From Bugula neritina (taxonomy: Eukaryota; Animalia; Bryozoa): 64,000 nt of DNA. The notes beneath the pieces are model-generated. The model saw only the letters and a list, made by a program, of their open reading frames with translations. It made no database searches and was not told the DNA's origin. A program made the position numbers and the translations under genes. The stretch covers positions 502,564 through 566,563 of the forward strand of contig CAXIUT010000073.1 of assembly GCA_964035545.1 (NCBI GenBank), read 5' to 3'. Positions 28,301 to 43,300 of this stretch are shown here, in pieces (within the stretch, counting starts at the first letter, position 1; each line of letters begins with the position of its first letter).

Positions 28301-31300
28301 AGATACTTGATGAAAATTTTTATGCAAAACTTGATGCCTGCTTCAAAGACACCAGTGCTTAATTACTGTGTTAACTGTATTGGCATGTTGCCATGAGATA
28401 TTTGGTAATATTTCGCATCACAACAAACTCTTCAGAAAGTTAAGAAAATAAGTCTAGAAAGTTAATGAAATAAACCTACCAGAGAGAGTAAGCCAGATGT
28501 AACAAGTAGATCCAAAACAAGTTGATTAACAATTGAAGTTGAAATCTCCATGTAGTCAACACTTTAGTCCTAATGTCAAATGCAAGCGCCTGCAACCAAA
28601 CTGTGTAGATTTCATGAGCTGGTTAGCTGACAGGACTCATTAAAGTTCTTAACTCTTGTGTGTATAGTGATGCCCATCTTGAACTAGAGATGGCTGACTG
28701 AAGACTGCTACTTTGTGAAAATTGACAATGCATATTATTATTATTCATTGTTGAGATTCACGACTGCCATAAACAATGATAAAATATTCATTGTTGGTAC
28801 TACTGAGTAGAATAAAATATAATATAATATTATTTTCTGGACAGATAAATAATATCAAATGCATATTATAACTTACCATAAATATACAGTGCTTCACATC
28901 TTCACCTTTTTCTGCAATGTTATTTCTTTGCAGTTAGAAGTACTAGCTGAATATATGACTATGAAACATAACCCTTCAATTTCATTGCACCAGCACCAGT
29001 TGCAAGATAGGTGTGTTGAGAGTTATCTTTCCCAAAATTTTGTTCTTGGTGTTTATACGAAGCAGACACAGGCTAATGTTAGTTTTGTTATTTGCAAGAG
29101 TTTTTCTGTCTGATTGTCCATCAGCAAAAGTTTGCGCCTTGCAGTTATTATGGAAATACCAGTGATGCTGGAAGACCTTTGCATTGTACACCCGCCTTTA
29201 CTATTGAATTTAGATGTTTTATTTTCCCATCCCCTCTCCTGCCCCCCTGTCCCCTCTAACAACCAGCAATCCTGACTCATGTGAATTGTGTTATTGTTCT
29301 AGAGTTGGCCCATGGGCCCACAGTATACGATTTGAAGCTTTATAGTTTACAGGCAGTCGAGATGAGTCACTGCTGAAACCCATTTTATTAGTAGACTATA
29401 TTGCTCTTCAATAATCAGTTTTCATATTAAAAGAGAAAGCTCATCTGCAGCGCCATTTCACAGTGTTATGTTTTGCTAGAGCAATAACTACTTTTAGATG
29501 CCTTTGCAAACATATGAGAAATAAATGAGTCATTCTATGAAAAGAGGTGTTTGCAGCACTTGTCCACTTTTGATTTTCATGCGGCATGGAAACTTTTGTA
29601 GTTTTAAATAATGTCTCCAAATTCATCACTTGCATGTGTTTAGATACTTGATGAAAATTTTTATGCAAAACTTGATGCCCGCTTCAAAGACACCAGTGCT
29701 TAATTACTGTGTTAACTGTATTGGCACGTTGCCATGAGATATTTGGTAATATTTCGCATCACAACAAACTCTTCAGAAAGTTGAGAAAATCAGTCTAGAA
29801 AGTTAATGAAATAAACCTACCAGAGAGAGGAAGCCAGATGTAACAAGTAGATCCAAAACAAGTTGATAAACAATTGAAGTTGAAGTCTCCATGTAGTCAA
29901 CACTTTAGTCCTAACGTCAAATTCAAACGTCTGCAACCAAACTGTGTAGACTTCATGAGCTGGTTAGCTGACAGGACAGATTAAAGTTCTTAACTCTTGT
30001 GTGTATAGTGATGCCCATCTTGAACTAGAGAGGGCTGACTGAAGACTGCTACTTTGTGAAAATTGACAATGCATATTATTATTATTCATTGTTGAGATTC
30101 ACGACTGCCATACACAATGATAAAATATTCATTGTTGGTACTACTGAGTAGAATAAAATATAATATAATATTATTTTCTGGAAAGATAAATAATATCAAA
30201 TGCATATTATAACTTACCATAAATCTACAGTGCTTCACATCTTCACCTTTTTCTGCAATGTTATTTCTTTGCAGTTAGAAGTACTAGCTGAATATATGAC
30301 TATGAAACATAACCCTTCAATTTCATTGCACCAGCACCAGTTGCAAGATAGGTGTATTGAGAGTTATCTTTCCCAAAATTTTGTTCTTGGTGTTTATACG
30401 AAGCAGACACAGGCTAATATTAGTTTTGTTATTTGCAAGAGTTTTTCTGTCTGATTGTCCATCAGCAAAAGTTTGCGCCTTGCAGTTATTATGGAAATAC
30501 CAGTGATGCTGGAAGACCTTTGCATTGTACACCCGCCTTGACTATTGAAGTTAGATGTTTTATTTTCCCATCCCCTCTCCCGCCCCCCTGTCCCCTCTAA
30601 CAACCGGCAATCCTGACTCATGTGAATTGTGTTATTGTTCTAGAGTTGGCCCATGGGCCTACAGTATACGATTTGAAGCTTTATAGTTTACAGGCAGTCG
30701 AGATGAGTCACTGCTGAAACCCATTTTATTAGTAGACTATATTGCTCTTCAATCATCAGTTTTCATATTAAAACAGAAAGCTCATCTGCAGTGCCATTTC
30801 ACAGTGTTATATTTTGCTAGAGCAATAACTAATTTTAGATGCCTTTGCAAACATATGAGAAATAAATGAGTCATTCTATGAAAAGAGGTGTTTGCAGCAC
30901 TTGTCCACTTTTGATTTACACGCGGCATCGAAACTTTTGTAGTTTTAAATAATGTCTCCAAATTCATCACTTGCATGTGTTTAGATACTTGATGAAAATT
31001 TTTATGCAAAACTTGATGCCTGCTTCAAAGACACCAGTGCTTAATTACTGTGTTAACTGTATTGGCATGTTGCCATGAGATATTTGGTAATATTTCGCAT
31101 CACAACAAACTCTTCAGAAAGTTAAGAAAATAAGTCTAGAAAGTTAATGAAATAAACCTACCAGAGAGAGTAAGCCAGATGTAACAAGTAGATCCAAAAC
31201 AAGTTGATTAACAATTGAAGTTGAAATCTCCATGTAGTCAACACTTTAGTCCTAATGTCAAATGCAAGCGCCTGCAACCAAACTGTGTAGATTTCATGAG

Positions 31301-34300
31301 CTGGTTAGCTGACAGGACTCATTAAAGTTCTTAACTCTTGTGTGTATAGTGATGCCCATCTTGAACTAGAGATGGCTGACTGAAGACTGCTACTTTGTGA
31401 AAATTGACAATGCATATTATTATTATTCATTGTTGAGATTCACGACTGCCATAAACAATGATAAAATATTCATTGTTGGTACTACTGAGTAGAATAAAAT
31501 ATAATATAATATTATTTTCTGGACAGATAAATAATATCAAATGCATATTATAACTTACCATAAATATACAGTGCTTCACATCTTCACCTTTTTCTGCAAT
31601 GTTATTTCTTTGCAGTTAGAAGTACTAGCTGAATATATGACTATGAAACATAACCCTTCAATTTCATTGCACCAGCACCAGTTGCAAGATAGGTGTGTTG
31701 AGAGTTATCTTTCCCAAAATTTTGTTCTTGGTGTTTATACGAAGCAGACACAGGCTAATGTTAGTTTTGTTATTTGCAAGAGTTTTTCTGTCTGATTGTC
31801 CATCAGCAAAAGTTTGCGCCTTGCAGTTATTATGGAAATACCAGTGATGCTGGAAGACCTTTGCATTGTACACCCGCCTTTACTATTGAATTTAGATGTT
31901 TTATTTTCCCATCCCCTCTCCTGCCCCCCTGTCCCCTCTAACAACCAGCAATCCTGACTCATGTGAATTGTGTTATTGTTCTAGAGTTGGCCCATGGGCC
32001 CACAGTATACGATTTGAAGCTTTATAGTTTACAGGCAGTCGAGATGAGTCACTGCTGAAACCCATTTTATTAGTAGACTATATTGCTCTTCAATAATCAG
32101 TTTTCATATTAAAAGAGAAAGCTCATCTGCAGCGCCATTTCACAGTGTTATGTTTTGCTAGAGCAATAACTACTTTTAGATGCCTTTGCAAACATATGAG
32201 AAATAAATGAGTCATTCTATGAAAAGAGGTGTTTGCAGCACTTGTCCACTTTTGATTTTCATGCGGCATGGAAACTTTTGTAGTTTTAAATAATGTCTCC
32301 AAATTCATCACTTGCATGTGTTTAGATACTTGATGAAAATTTTTATGCAAAACTTGATGCCTGCTTCAAAGACACCAGTGCTTAATTACTGTGTTAACTG
32401 TATTGGCACGTTGCCATGAGATATTTGGTAATATTTCGCATCACAACAAACTCTTCAGAAAGTTGAGAAAATCAGTCTAGAAAGTTAATGAAATAAACCT
32501 ACCAGAGAGAGTAAGCTAGATGTAACAAGTAGATCCAAAACAAGTTGATAAACAATTGAAGTTGAAGTCTCCATGTAGTCAACACGTTAGTCCTAATGTC
32601 AAATGCAAACGTCTGCAACCAAACTGTGTAGACTTCATAAGCTGGTTAGCTGACAGGAGAGATTAAAGTTCTTAACTCTTGTGTGTATAGTGATGCCCAT
32701 CTTGAACTAGAGATGGCTGACTGAAGACTGCTACTTTGTGAAAATTGACAATGCATATTATTATTATTCATTGTTGAGATTCACGACTGCCATAAACAAT
32801 GATAAAATATTCATTGTTGGTACTACTGAGTAGAATAAAATATAATATAATATTATTTTCTGGACAGATAAATAATATCAAATGCATATTATAACTTACC
32901 ATAAATCTACAGTGCTTCACATCTTCACCTTTTTCTGCAATGTTATTTCTTTGCAGTTAGAAGTACTAGCTGAATATATGACTATGAAACATAACCCTTC
33001 AATTTCATTGCACCAGCACCAGTTGCAAGATAGGTGTATTGAGAGTTATCTTTCCCAAAATTTTGTTCTTGGTGTTTATACGAAGCAGACACAGGCTAAT
33101 ATTAGTTTTGTTATTTGCAAGAGTTTTTCTGTCTGATTGTCCATCAGCAAAAGTTTGCGCCTTGCAGTTATTATGGAAATACCAGTGATGCTGGAAGACC
33201 TTTGCATTGTACACCCGCCTTTACTATTGAATTTAGATATTTTATTTTCCCATCCCCTCTCCTGCCCCCCTGTCCCCTCTAACAACCAGCAATCCTGACT
33301 CATGTGAATTGTGTTATTGTTCTAGAGTTGGCCCATGGGCCTACAGTATACGATTTGAAGCTTTATAGTTTACAGGCAGTAGAGATGAGTCACTGCTGAA
33401 ACTCATTTTATTAGTAGACTATATTGCTCTTCAATAATCAGTTTTCATATTAAAAGAGAAAGCTCATCTGCAGCGCCATTTCACAGTGTTATGTTTTGCT
33501 AGAGCAATAACTACTTTTAGATGCCTTTGCAAACATATGAGAAATAAATGAGTCATTCTATGAAAAGAGGTGTTTGCAGCACTTGTCCACTTTTGATTTA
33601 CATGCGGCATGGAAACTTTTGTAGTTTTAAATAATGTCTCCAAATTCATCACTTGCATGTGTTTAGATACTTGATGAAAATTTTTATGCAAAACTTGATG
33701 CCTGCTTCAAAGACACCAGTGCTTAATTACTGTGTTAACTGTATTGGCACGTTGCCATGAGATATTTGGTAATATTTCGCATCACAACAAACTCTTCAGA
33801 AAGTTGAGAAAATCAGTCTAGAAAGTTAATGAAATAAACCTACCAGAGAGAGGAAGCCAGATGTAACAAGTAGATCCAAAACAAGTTGATAAACAATTGA
33901 AGTTGAAGTCTCCATGTAGTCAACACTTTAGTCCTAACGTCAAATTCAAACGTCTGCAACCAAACTGTGTAGACTTCATGAGCTGGTTAGCTGACAGGAC
34001 AGATTAAAGTTCTTAACTCTTGTGTGTATAGTGATGCCCATCTTGAACTAGAGAGGGCTGACTGAAGACTGCTACTTTGTGAAAATTGACAATGCATATT
34101 ATTATTATTCATTGTTGAGATTCACGACTGCCATACACAATGATAAAATATTCATTGTTGGTACTACTGAGTAGAATAAAATATAATATAATATTATTTT
34201 CTGGAAAGATAAATAATATCAAATGCATATTATAACTTACCATAAATCTACAGTGCTTCACATCTTCACCTTTTTCTGCAATGTTATTTCTTTGCAGTTA

Positions 34301-37300
34301 GAAGTACTAGCTGAATATATGACTATGAAACATAACCCTTCAATTTCATTGCACCAGCACCAGTTGCAAGATAGGTGTATTGAGAGTTATCTTTCCCAAA
34401 ATTTTGTTCTTGGTGTTTATACGAAGCAGACACAGGCTAATATTAGTTTTGTTATTTGCAAGAGTTTTTCTGTCTGATTGTCCATCAGCAAAAGTTTGCG
34501 CCTTGCAGTTATTATGGAAATACCAGTGATGCTGGAAGACCTTTGCATTGTACACCCGCCTTGACTATTGAAGTTAGATGTTTTATTTTCCCATCCCCTC
34601 TCCCGCCCCCCTGTCCCCTCTAACAACCGGCAATCCTGACTCATGTGAATTGTGTTATTGTTCTAGAGTTGGCCCATGGGCCTACAGTATACGATTTGAA
34701 GCTTTATAGTTTACAGGCAGTCGAGATGAGTCACTGCTGAAACCCATTTTATTAGTAGACTATATTGCTCTTCAATCATCAGTTTTCATATTAAAACAGA
34801 AAGCTCATCTGCAGCGCCATTTCACAGTGTTATATTTTGCTAGAGCAATAACTAATTTTAGATGCCTTTGCAAACATATGAGAAATAAATGAGTCATTCT
34901 ATGAAAAGAGGTGTTTGCAGCACTTGTCCACTTTTGATTTACACGCGGCATCGAAACTTTTGTAGTTTTAAATAATGTCTCCAAATTCATCACTTGCATG
35001 TGTTTAGATACTTGATGAAAATGTTTATGCAAAATTTGATGCCTGCTTCAAAGACACCAGTGCTTAATTACTGTGTTAACTGTATTGGCACGTTGCCATG
35101 AGATATTTGGTAATATTTCGCATCACAACAAACTCTTCAGAAAGTTAAGAAAATCAGTCTAGAAAGTTAATGAAATAAACCTACCAGAGAGAGTAAGCCA
35201 GATGTAACAAGTAGATCCAAAACAAGTTGATTAACAATTGAAGTTGAAGTCTCGATGTAGTCAACACTTTAGTCCTAACGTCAAATGCTAACGTCTGCAA
35301 CCAAACTGTGAAGACTTCATGAGCTGGTTAGCTGACAGGACACATTAAAGTTCTTAACTCTTGTGTGTATAGTGATGCCCATCTTGAACTAGAGAGGGCT
35401 GACTGAAGACTGCTACTTTGTGAAAATTGACAATGCATATTATTATTATTCATTGTTGAGATTCACGACTGCCATAAACAATGATAAAATATTCATTGTT
35501 GGTACTACTGAGTAGAATAAAATATAATATAATATTGTTTTCTGGACAGAAAAGTAATATCAAATGCATATTATAACTTACCATAAATCTACAGTGCTTC
35601 ACATCTTCACCTTTTCCTGCAATTTTATTTCTTTGCAGTTAGAAGTAGTAGCTGAATATATGACGATGAAACATAACCCTTCAATTTCATTGCACCAGCA
35701 CCAGTTGCAAGATAGGTGTGTTGGGAGTTATCTTTCCTAAAAATTTGTTCTTGGTGTTTATACGAAGCAGACACAGGCTAATATTAGTTTTGTTATTTGC
35801 AAGAGTTTTTCTCTCTGATTGTCCATCAGCAAAAGTTTGCGCCTTGCAGTTATTATGGAAATACCAGTGATGCTGGAAGACCTTTGCATTGTACACCCGC
35901 CTTTACTATTGAATTTAGATATTTTATTTTCCCATCCCCTCTCCTGCCCCCCTGTCCCCTCTAACAACCAGCAATCCTGACTCATGTGAATTGTGTTATT
36001 GTTCTAGAGTTGGCCCATGGGCCTACAGTATACGATTTGAAGCTTTATAGTTTACAGGCAGTCGAGATGAGTCACTGCTGAAACCCATTTTATTAGTAGA
36101 CTATATTGCTCTTCAATCATCAGTTTTCATATTAAAACAGAAAGCTCATCTGCAGCGCCATTTCACAGTGTTATATTTTGCTAGAGCAATAACTAATTTT
36201 AGATGCCTTTGCAAACATATGAGAAATAAATGAGTCATTCTATGAAAAGAGGTGTTTGCAGCACTTGTCCACTTTTGATTTACATGCGGCATGGAAACTT
36301 TTGTAGTTTTAAATAATGTCTCCAAATTCATCACTTGCATGTGTTTAGATACTTGATGAAAATTTTTATGCAAAACTTGATGCCTGCTTCAAAGACACCA
36401 GTGCTTAATTACTGTGTTAACTGTATTGGCATGTTGCCATGAGATATTTGGTAATATTTCGCATCACAACAAACTCTTCAGAAAGTTAAGAAAATAAGTC
36501 TAGAAAGTTAATGAAATAAACCTACCAGAGAGAGTAAGCCAGATGTAACAAGTAGATCCAAAACAAGTTGATTAACAATTGAAGTTGAAATCTCCATGTA
36601 GTCAACACTTTAGTCCTAATGTCAAATGCAAGCGCCTGCAACCAAACTGTGTAGACTTCATGAGCTGGTTAGCTGACAGGACTCATTAAAGTTCTTAACT
36701 CTTGTGTGTATAGTGATGCCCATCTTGAACTAGAGAGGGGTGACTGAAGACTGCTACTTTGTGAAAATTGACAATGCATATTATTATTATTCATTGTTGA
36801 GATTCACGACTGCCATAAACAATGATAAAATATTCATTGTTGGTACTACTGAGTAGAATAAAATATAATATAATATTATTTTCTGGACAGACAAATAATA
36901 TCAAATGCATATTATAACTTACCATAAATCTACAGTGCTTCACATCTTCACCTTTTTCTGCAATGTTATTTCTTTGCAGTTAGAAGTACTAGCTGAATAT
37001 ATGACTATGAAACATAACCCTTCAATTTCATTGCACCAGCACCAGTTGCAAGATAGGTGTGTTGGGAGTTATCTTTCCCAAAACTTTGTTCTTGGTGTTT
37101 ATACGAAGCAGACACAGGCTAATATTAGTTTTGTTATTTGCAAGAGTATTTCTGTCTGATTGTCCATCGGCAAAAGTTTGCGCCTTGCAGTTATTATGGA
37201 AATACCAGTGATGCTGGAAGACCTTTGCATTGTACACCCGCCTTTACTATTGAATTTAGATGTTTTATTTTCCCATCCCCTCTCCTGCCCCCCTGTCCCC

Positions 37301-40300
37301 TCTAACAACCAGCAATCCTGACTCATGTGAATTGTGTTATTGTTCTAGAGTTGGCCCATGGGCCCACAGTATACGATTTGAAGCTTTATAGTTTACAGGC
37401 AGTCGAGATGAGTCACTGCTGAAACCCATTTTATTAGTAGACTATATTGCTCTTCAATAATCAGTTTTCATATTAAAAGAGAAAGCTCATCTGCAGCGCC
37501 ATTTCACAGTGTTATGTTTTGCTAGAGCAATAACTACTTTTAGATGCCTTTGCAAACATATGAGAAATAAATGAGTCATTCTATGAAAAGAGGTGTTTGC
37601 AGCACTTGTCCACTTTTGATTTTCATGCGGCATGGAAACTTTTGTAGTTTTAAATAATGTCTCCAAATTCATCACTTGCATGTGTTTAGATACTTGATGA
37701 AAATTTTTATGCAAAACTTGATGCCTGCTTCAAAGACACCAGTGCTTAATTACTGTGTTAACTGTATTGGCACGTTGCCATGAGATATTTGGTAATATTT
37801 CGCATCACAACAAACTCTTCAGAAAGTTGAGAAAATCAGTCTAGAAAGTTAATGAAATAAACCTACCAGAGAGAGTAAGCTAGATGTAACAAGTAGATCC
37901 AAAACAAGTTGATAAACGATTGAAGTTGAAGTCTCCATGTAGTCAACACGTTAGTCCTAATGTCAAATGCAAACGTCTGCAACCAAACTGTGTAGACTTC
38001 ATAAGCTGGTTAGCTGACAGGAGAGATTAAAGTTCTTAACTCTTGTGTGTATAGTGATGCCCATCTTGAACTAGAGATGGCTGACTGAAGACTGCTACTT
38101 TGTGAAAATTGACAATGCATATTATTATTATTCATTGTTGAGATTCACGACTGCCATAAACAATGATAAAATATTCATTGTTGGTACTACTGAGTAGAAT
38201 AAAATATAATATAATATTATTTTCTGGACAGATAAATAATATCAAATGCATATTATAACTTACCATAAATCTACAGTGCTTCACATCTTCACCTTTTTCT
38301 GCAATGTTATTTCTTTGCAGTTAGAAGTACTAGCTGAATATATGACTATGAAACATAACCCTTCAATTTCATTGCACCAGCACCAGTTGCAAGATAGGTG
38401 TATTGAGAGTTATCTTTCCCAAAATTTTGTTCTTGGTGTTTATACGAAGCAGACACAGGCTAATATTAGTTTTGTTATTTGCAAGAGTTTTTCTGTCTGA
38501 TTGTCCATCAGCAAAAGTTTGCGCCTTGCAGTTATTATGGAAATACCAGTGATGCTGGAAGACCTTTGCATTGTACACCCGCCTTTACTATTGAATTTAG
38601 ATATTTTATTTTCCCATCCCCTCTCCTGCCCCCCTGTCCCCTCTAACAACCAGCAATCCTGACTCATGTGAATTGTGTTATTGTTCTAGAGTTGGCCCAT
38701 GGGCCTACAGTATACGATTTGAAGCTTTATAGTTTACAGGCAGTCGAGATGAGTCACTGCTGAAACCCATTTTATTAGTAGACTATATTGCTCTTCAATC
38801 ATCAGTTTTCATATTAAAAGAGAAAGCTCATCTGCAGCGCCATTTCACAGTGTTATGTTTTGCTAGAGCAATAACTAATTTTAGATGCCTTTGCAAACAT
38901 ATGAGAAATAAATGAGTCATTCTATGAAAAGAGGTGTTTGCAGCACTTGTCCACTTTTGATTTTCATGCGGCATGGAAACTTTTGTAGTTTTAAATAATG
39001 TCTCCAAATTCATCACTTGCATGTGTTTAGATACTTGATGAAAATTTTTATGCAAAACTTGATGCCTGCTTCAAAGACACCAGTGCTTAATTACTGTGTT
39101 AACTGTATTGGCACGTTGCCATGAGATATTTGGTAATATTTCGCATCACAACAAACTCTTCAGAAAGTTGAGAAAATCAGTCTAGAAAGTTAATGAAATA
39201 AACCTACCAGAGAGAGTAAGCTAGATGTAACAAGTAGATCCAAAACAAGTTGATAAACAATTGAAGTTGAAGTCTCCATGTAGTCAACACGTTAGTCCTA
39301 ATGTCAAATGCAAACGTCTGCAACCAAACTGTGTAGACTTCATAAGCTGGTTAGCTGACAGGAGAGATTAAAGTTCTTAACTCTTGTGTGTATAGTGATG
39401 CCCATCTTGAACTAGAGATGGCTGACTGAAGACTGCTACTTTGTGAAAATTGACAATGCATATTATTATTATTCATTGTTGAGATTCACGACTGCCATAA
39501 ACAATGATAAAATATTCATTGTTGGTACTACTGAGTAGAATAAAATATAATATAATATTATTTTCTGGACAGATAAATAATATCAAATGCATATTATAAC
39601 TTACCATAAATCTACAGTGCTTCACATCTTCACCTTTTTCTGCAATGTTATTTCTTTGCAGTTAGAAGTACTAGCTGAATATATGACTATGAAACATAAC
39701 CCTTCAATTTCATTGCACCAGCACCAGTTGCAAGATAGGTGTATTGAGAGTTATCTTTCCCAAAATTTTGTTCTTGGTGTTTATACGAAGCAGACACAGG
39801 CTAATATTAGTTTTGTTATTTGCAAGAGTTTTTCTGTCTGATTGTCCATCAGCAAAAGTTTGCGCCTTGCAGTTATTATGGAAATACCAGTGATGCTGGA
39901 AGACCTTTGCATTGTACACCCGCCTTTACTATTGAATTTAGATATTTTATTTTCCCATCCCCTCTCCTGCCCCCCTGTCCCCTCTAACAACCAGCAATCC
40001 TGACTCATGTGAATTGTGTTATTGTTCTAGAGTTGGCCCATGGGCCTACAGTATACGATTTGAAGCTTTATAGTTTACAGGCAGTAGAGATGAGTCACTG
40101 CTGAAACTCATTTTATTAGTAGACTATATTGCTCTTCAATAATCAGTTTTCATATTAAAAGAGAAAGCTCATCTGCAGCGCCATTTCACAGTGTTATGTT
40201 TTGCTAGAGCAATAACTACTTTTAGATGCCTTTGCAAACATATGAGAAATAAATGAGTCATTCTATGAAAAGAGGTGTTTGCAGCACTTGTCCACTTTTG

Positions 40301-43300
40301 ATTTACATGCGGCATGGAAACTTTTGTAGTTTTAAATAATGTCTCCAAATTCATCACTTGCATGTGTTTAGATACTTGATGAAAATTTTTATGCAAAACT
40401 TGATGCCTGCTTCAAAGACACCAGTGCTTAATTACTGTGTTAACTGTATTGGCACGTTGCCATGAGATATTTGGTAATATTTCGCATCACAACAAACTCT
40501 TCAGAAAGTTGAGAAAATCAGTCTAGAAAGTTAATGAAATAAACCTACCAGAGAGAGGAAGCCAGATGTAACAAGTAGATCCAAAACAAGTTGATAAACA
40601 ATTGAAGTTGAAGTCTCCATGTAGTCAACACTTTAGTCCTAACGTCAAATTCAAACGTCTGCAACCAAACTGTGTAGACTTCATGAGCTGGTTAGCTGAC
40701 AGGACAGATTAAAGTTCTTAACTCTTGTGTGTATAGTGATGCCCATCTTGAACTAGAGAGGGCTGACTGAAGACTGCTACTTTGTGAAAATTGACAATGC
40801 ATATTATTATTATTCATTGTTGAGATTCACGACTGCCATACACAATGATAAAATATTCATTGTTGGTACTACTGAGTAGAATAAAATATAATATAATATT
40901 ATTTTCTGGAAAGATAAATAATATCAAATGCATATTATAACTTACCATAAATCTACAGTGCTTCACATCTTCACCTTTTTCTGCAATGTTATTTCTTTGC
41001 AGTTAGAAGTACTAGCTGAATATATGACTATGAAACATAACCCTTCAATTTCATTGCACCAGCACCAGTTGCAAGATAGGTGTGTTGGGAGTCATCTTTC
41101 CTAAAAATTTGTTCTTGGTGTTTATACGAAGCAGACACAGGCTAATATTAGTTTTGTTATTTGCAAGAGTTTTTCTGTCTGATTGTCCATCAGCAAAAGT
41201 TTGCGCCTTGCAGTTATTATGGAAATACCAGTGATGCTGGAAGACCTTTGCATTGTACACCCGCCTTGACTATTGAAGTTAGATGTTTTATTTTCCCATC
41301 CCCTCTCCCGCCCCCTTGTCCCCTCTAACAACCGGCCATCCTGACTCATGTGAATTGTGTTATTGTTCTAGAGTTGGCCCATGGGCCTACAGTATACGAT
41401 TTGAAGCTTTATAGTTTACAGGCAGTCGAGATGAGTCACTGCTGAAACCCATTTTATTAGTAGACTATATTGCTCTTCAATCATCAGTTTTCATATTAAA
41501 AGAGAAAGCTCATCTGCAGCGCCATTTCACAGTGTTATGTTTTGCTAGAGCAATAACTAATTTTAGATGCCTTTGCAAACATATGAGAAATAAATGAGTC
41601 ATTCTATGAAAAGAGGTGTTTGCAGCACTTGTCCACTTTTGATTTTCATGCGGCATGGAAACTTTTGTAGTTTTAAATAATGTCTCCAAATTCATCACTT
41701 GCATGTGTTTAGATACTTGATGAAAATTTTTATGCAAAACTTGATGCCTGCTTCAAAGACACCAGTGCTTAATTACTGTGCTAACTGTATTGGCACGTTG
41801 CCATGAGATATTTGGTAATATTTCGCATCACAACAAACTCTTCAGAAAGTTGAGAAAATCAGTCTAGAAAGTTAATGAAATAAACCTACCAGAGAGAGTA
41901 AGCTAGATGTAACAAGTAGATCCAAAACAAGTTGATAAACAATTGAAGTTGAAGTCTCCATGTAGTCAACACGTTAGTCCTAATGTCAAATGCAAACGTC
42001 TGCAACCAAACTGTGTAGACTTCATAAGCTGGTTAGCTGACAGGAGAGATTAAAGTTCTTAACTCTTGTGTGTATAGTGATGCCCATCTTGAACTAGAGA
42101 TGGCTGACTGAAGACTGCTACTTTGTGAAAATTGACAATGCATATTATTATTATTCATTGTTGAGATTCACGACTGCCATAAACAATGATAAAATATTCA
42201 TTGTTGGTACTACTGAGTAGAATAAAATATAATATAATATTATTTTCTGGACAGATAAATAATATCAAATGCATATTATAACTTACCATAAATCTACAGT
42301 GCTTCACATCTTCACCTTTTTCTGCAATGTTATTTCTTTGCAGTTAGAAGTACTAGCTGAATATATGACTATGAAACATAACCCTTCAATTTCATTGCAC
42401 CAGCACCAGTTGCAAGATAGGTGTATTGAGAGTTATCTTTCCCAAAATTTTGTTCTTGGTGTTTATACGAAGCAGACACAGGCTAATATTAGTTTTGTTA
42501 TTTGCAAGAGTTTTTCTGTCTGATTGTCCATCAGCAAAAGTTTGCGCCTTGCAGTTATTATGGAAATACCAGTGATGCTGGAAGACCTTTGCATTGTACA
42601 CCCGCCTTTACTATTGAATTTAGATATTTTATTTTCCCATCCCCTCTCCTGCCCCCCTGTCCCCTCTAACAACCAGCAATCCTGACTCATGTGAATTGTG
42701 TTATTGTTCTAGAGTTGGCCCATGGGCCTACAGTATACGATTTGAAGCTTTATAGTTTACAGGCAGTAGAGATGAGTCACTGCTGAAACTCATTTTATTA
42801 GTAGACTATATTGCTCTTCAATAATCAGTTTTCATATTAAAAGAGAAAGCTCATCTGCAGCGCCATTTCACAGTGTTATGTTTTGCTAGAGCAATAACTA
42901 CTTTTAGATGCCTTTGCAAACATATGAGAAATAAATGAGTCATTCTATGAAAAGAGGTGTTTGCAGCACTTGTCCACTTTTGATTTACATGCGGCATGGA
43001 AACTTTTGTAGTTTTAAATAATGTCTCCAAATTCATCACTTGCATGTGTTTAGATACTTGATGAAAATTTTTATGCAAAACTTGATGCCTGCTTCAAAGA
43101 CACCAGTGCTTAATTACTGTGTTAACTGTATTGGCACGTTGCCATGAGATATTTGGTAATATTTCGCATCACAACAAACTCTTCAGAAAGTTGAGAAAAT
43201 CAGTCTAGAAAGTTAATGAAATAAACCTACCAGAGAGAGGAAGCCAGATGTAACAAGTAGATCCAAAACAAGTTGATAAACAATTGAAGTTGAAGTCTCC

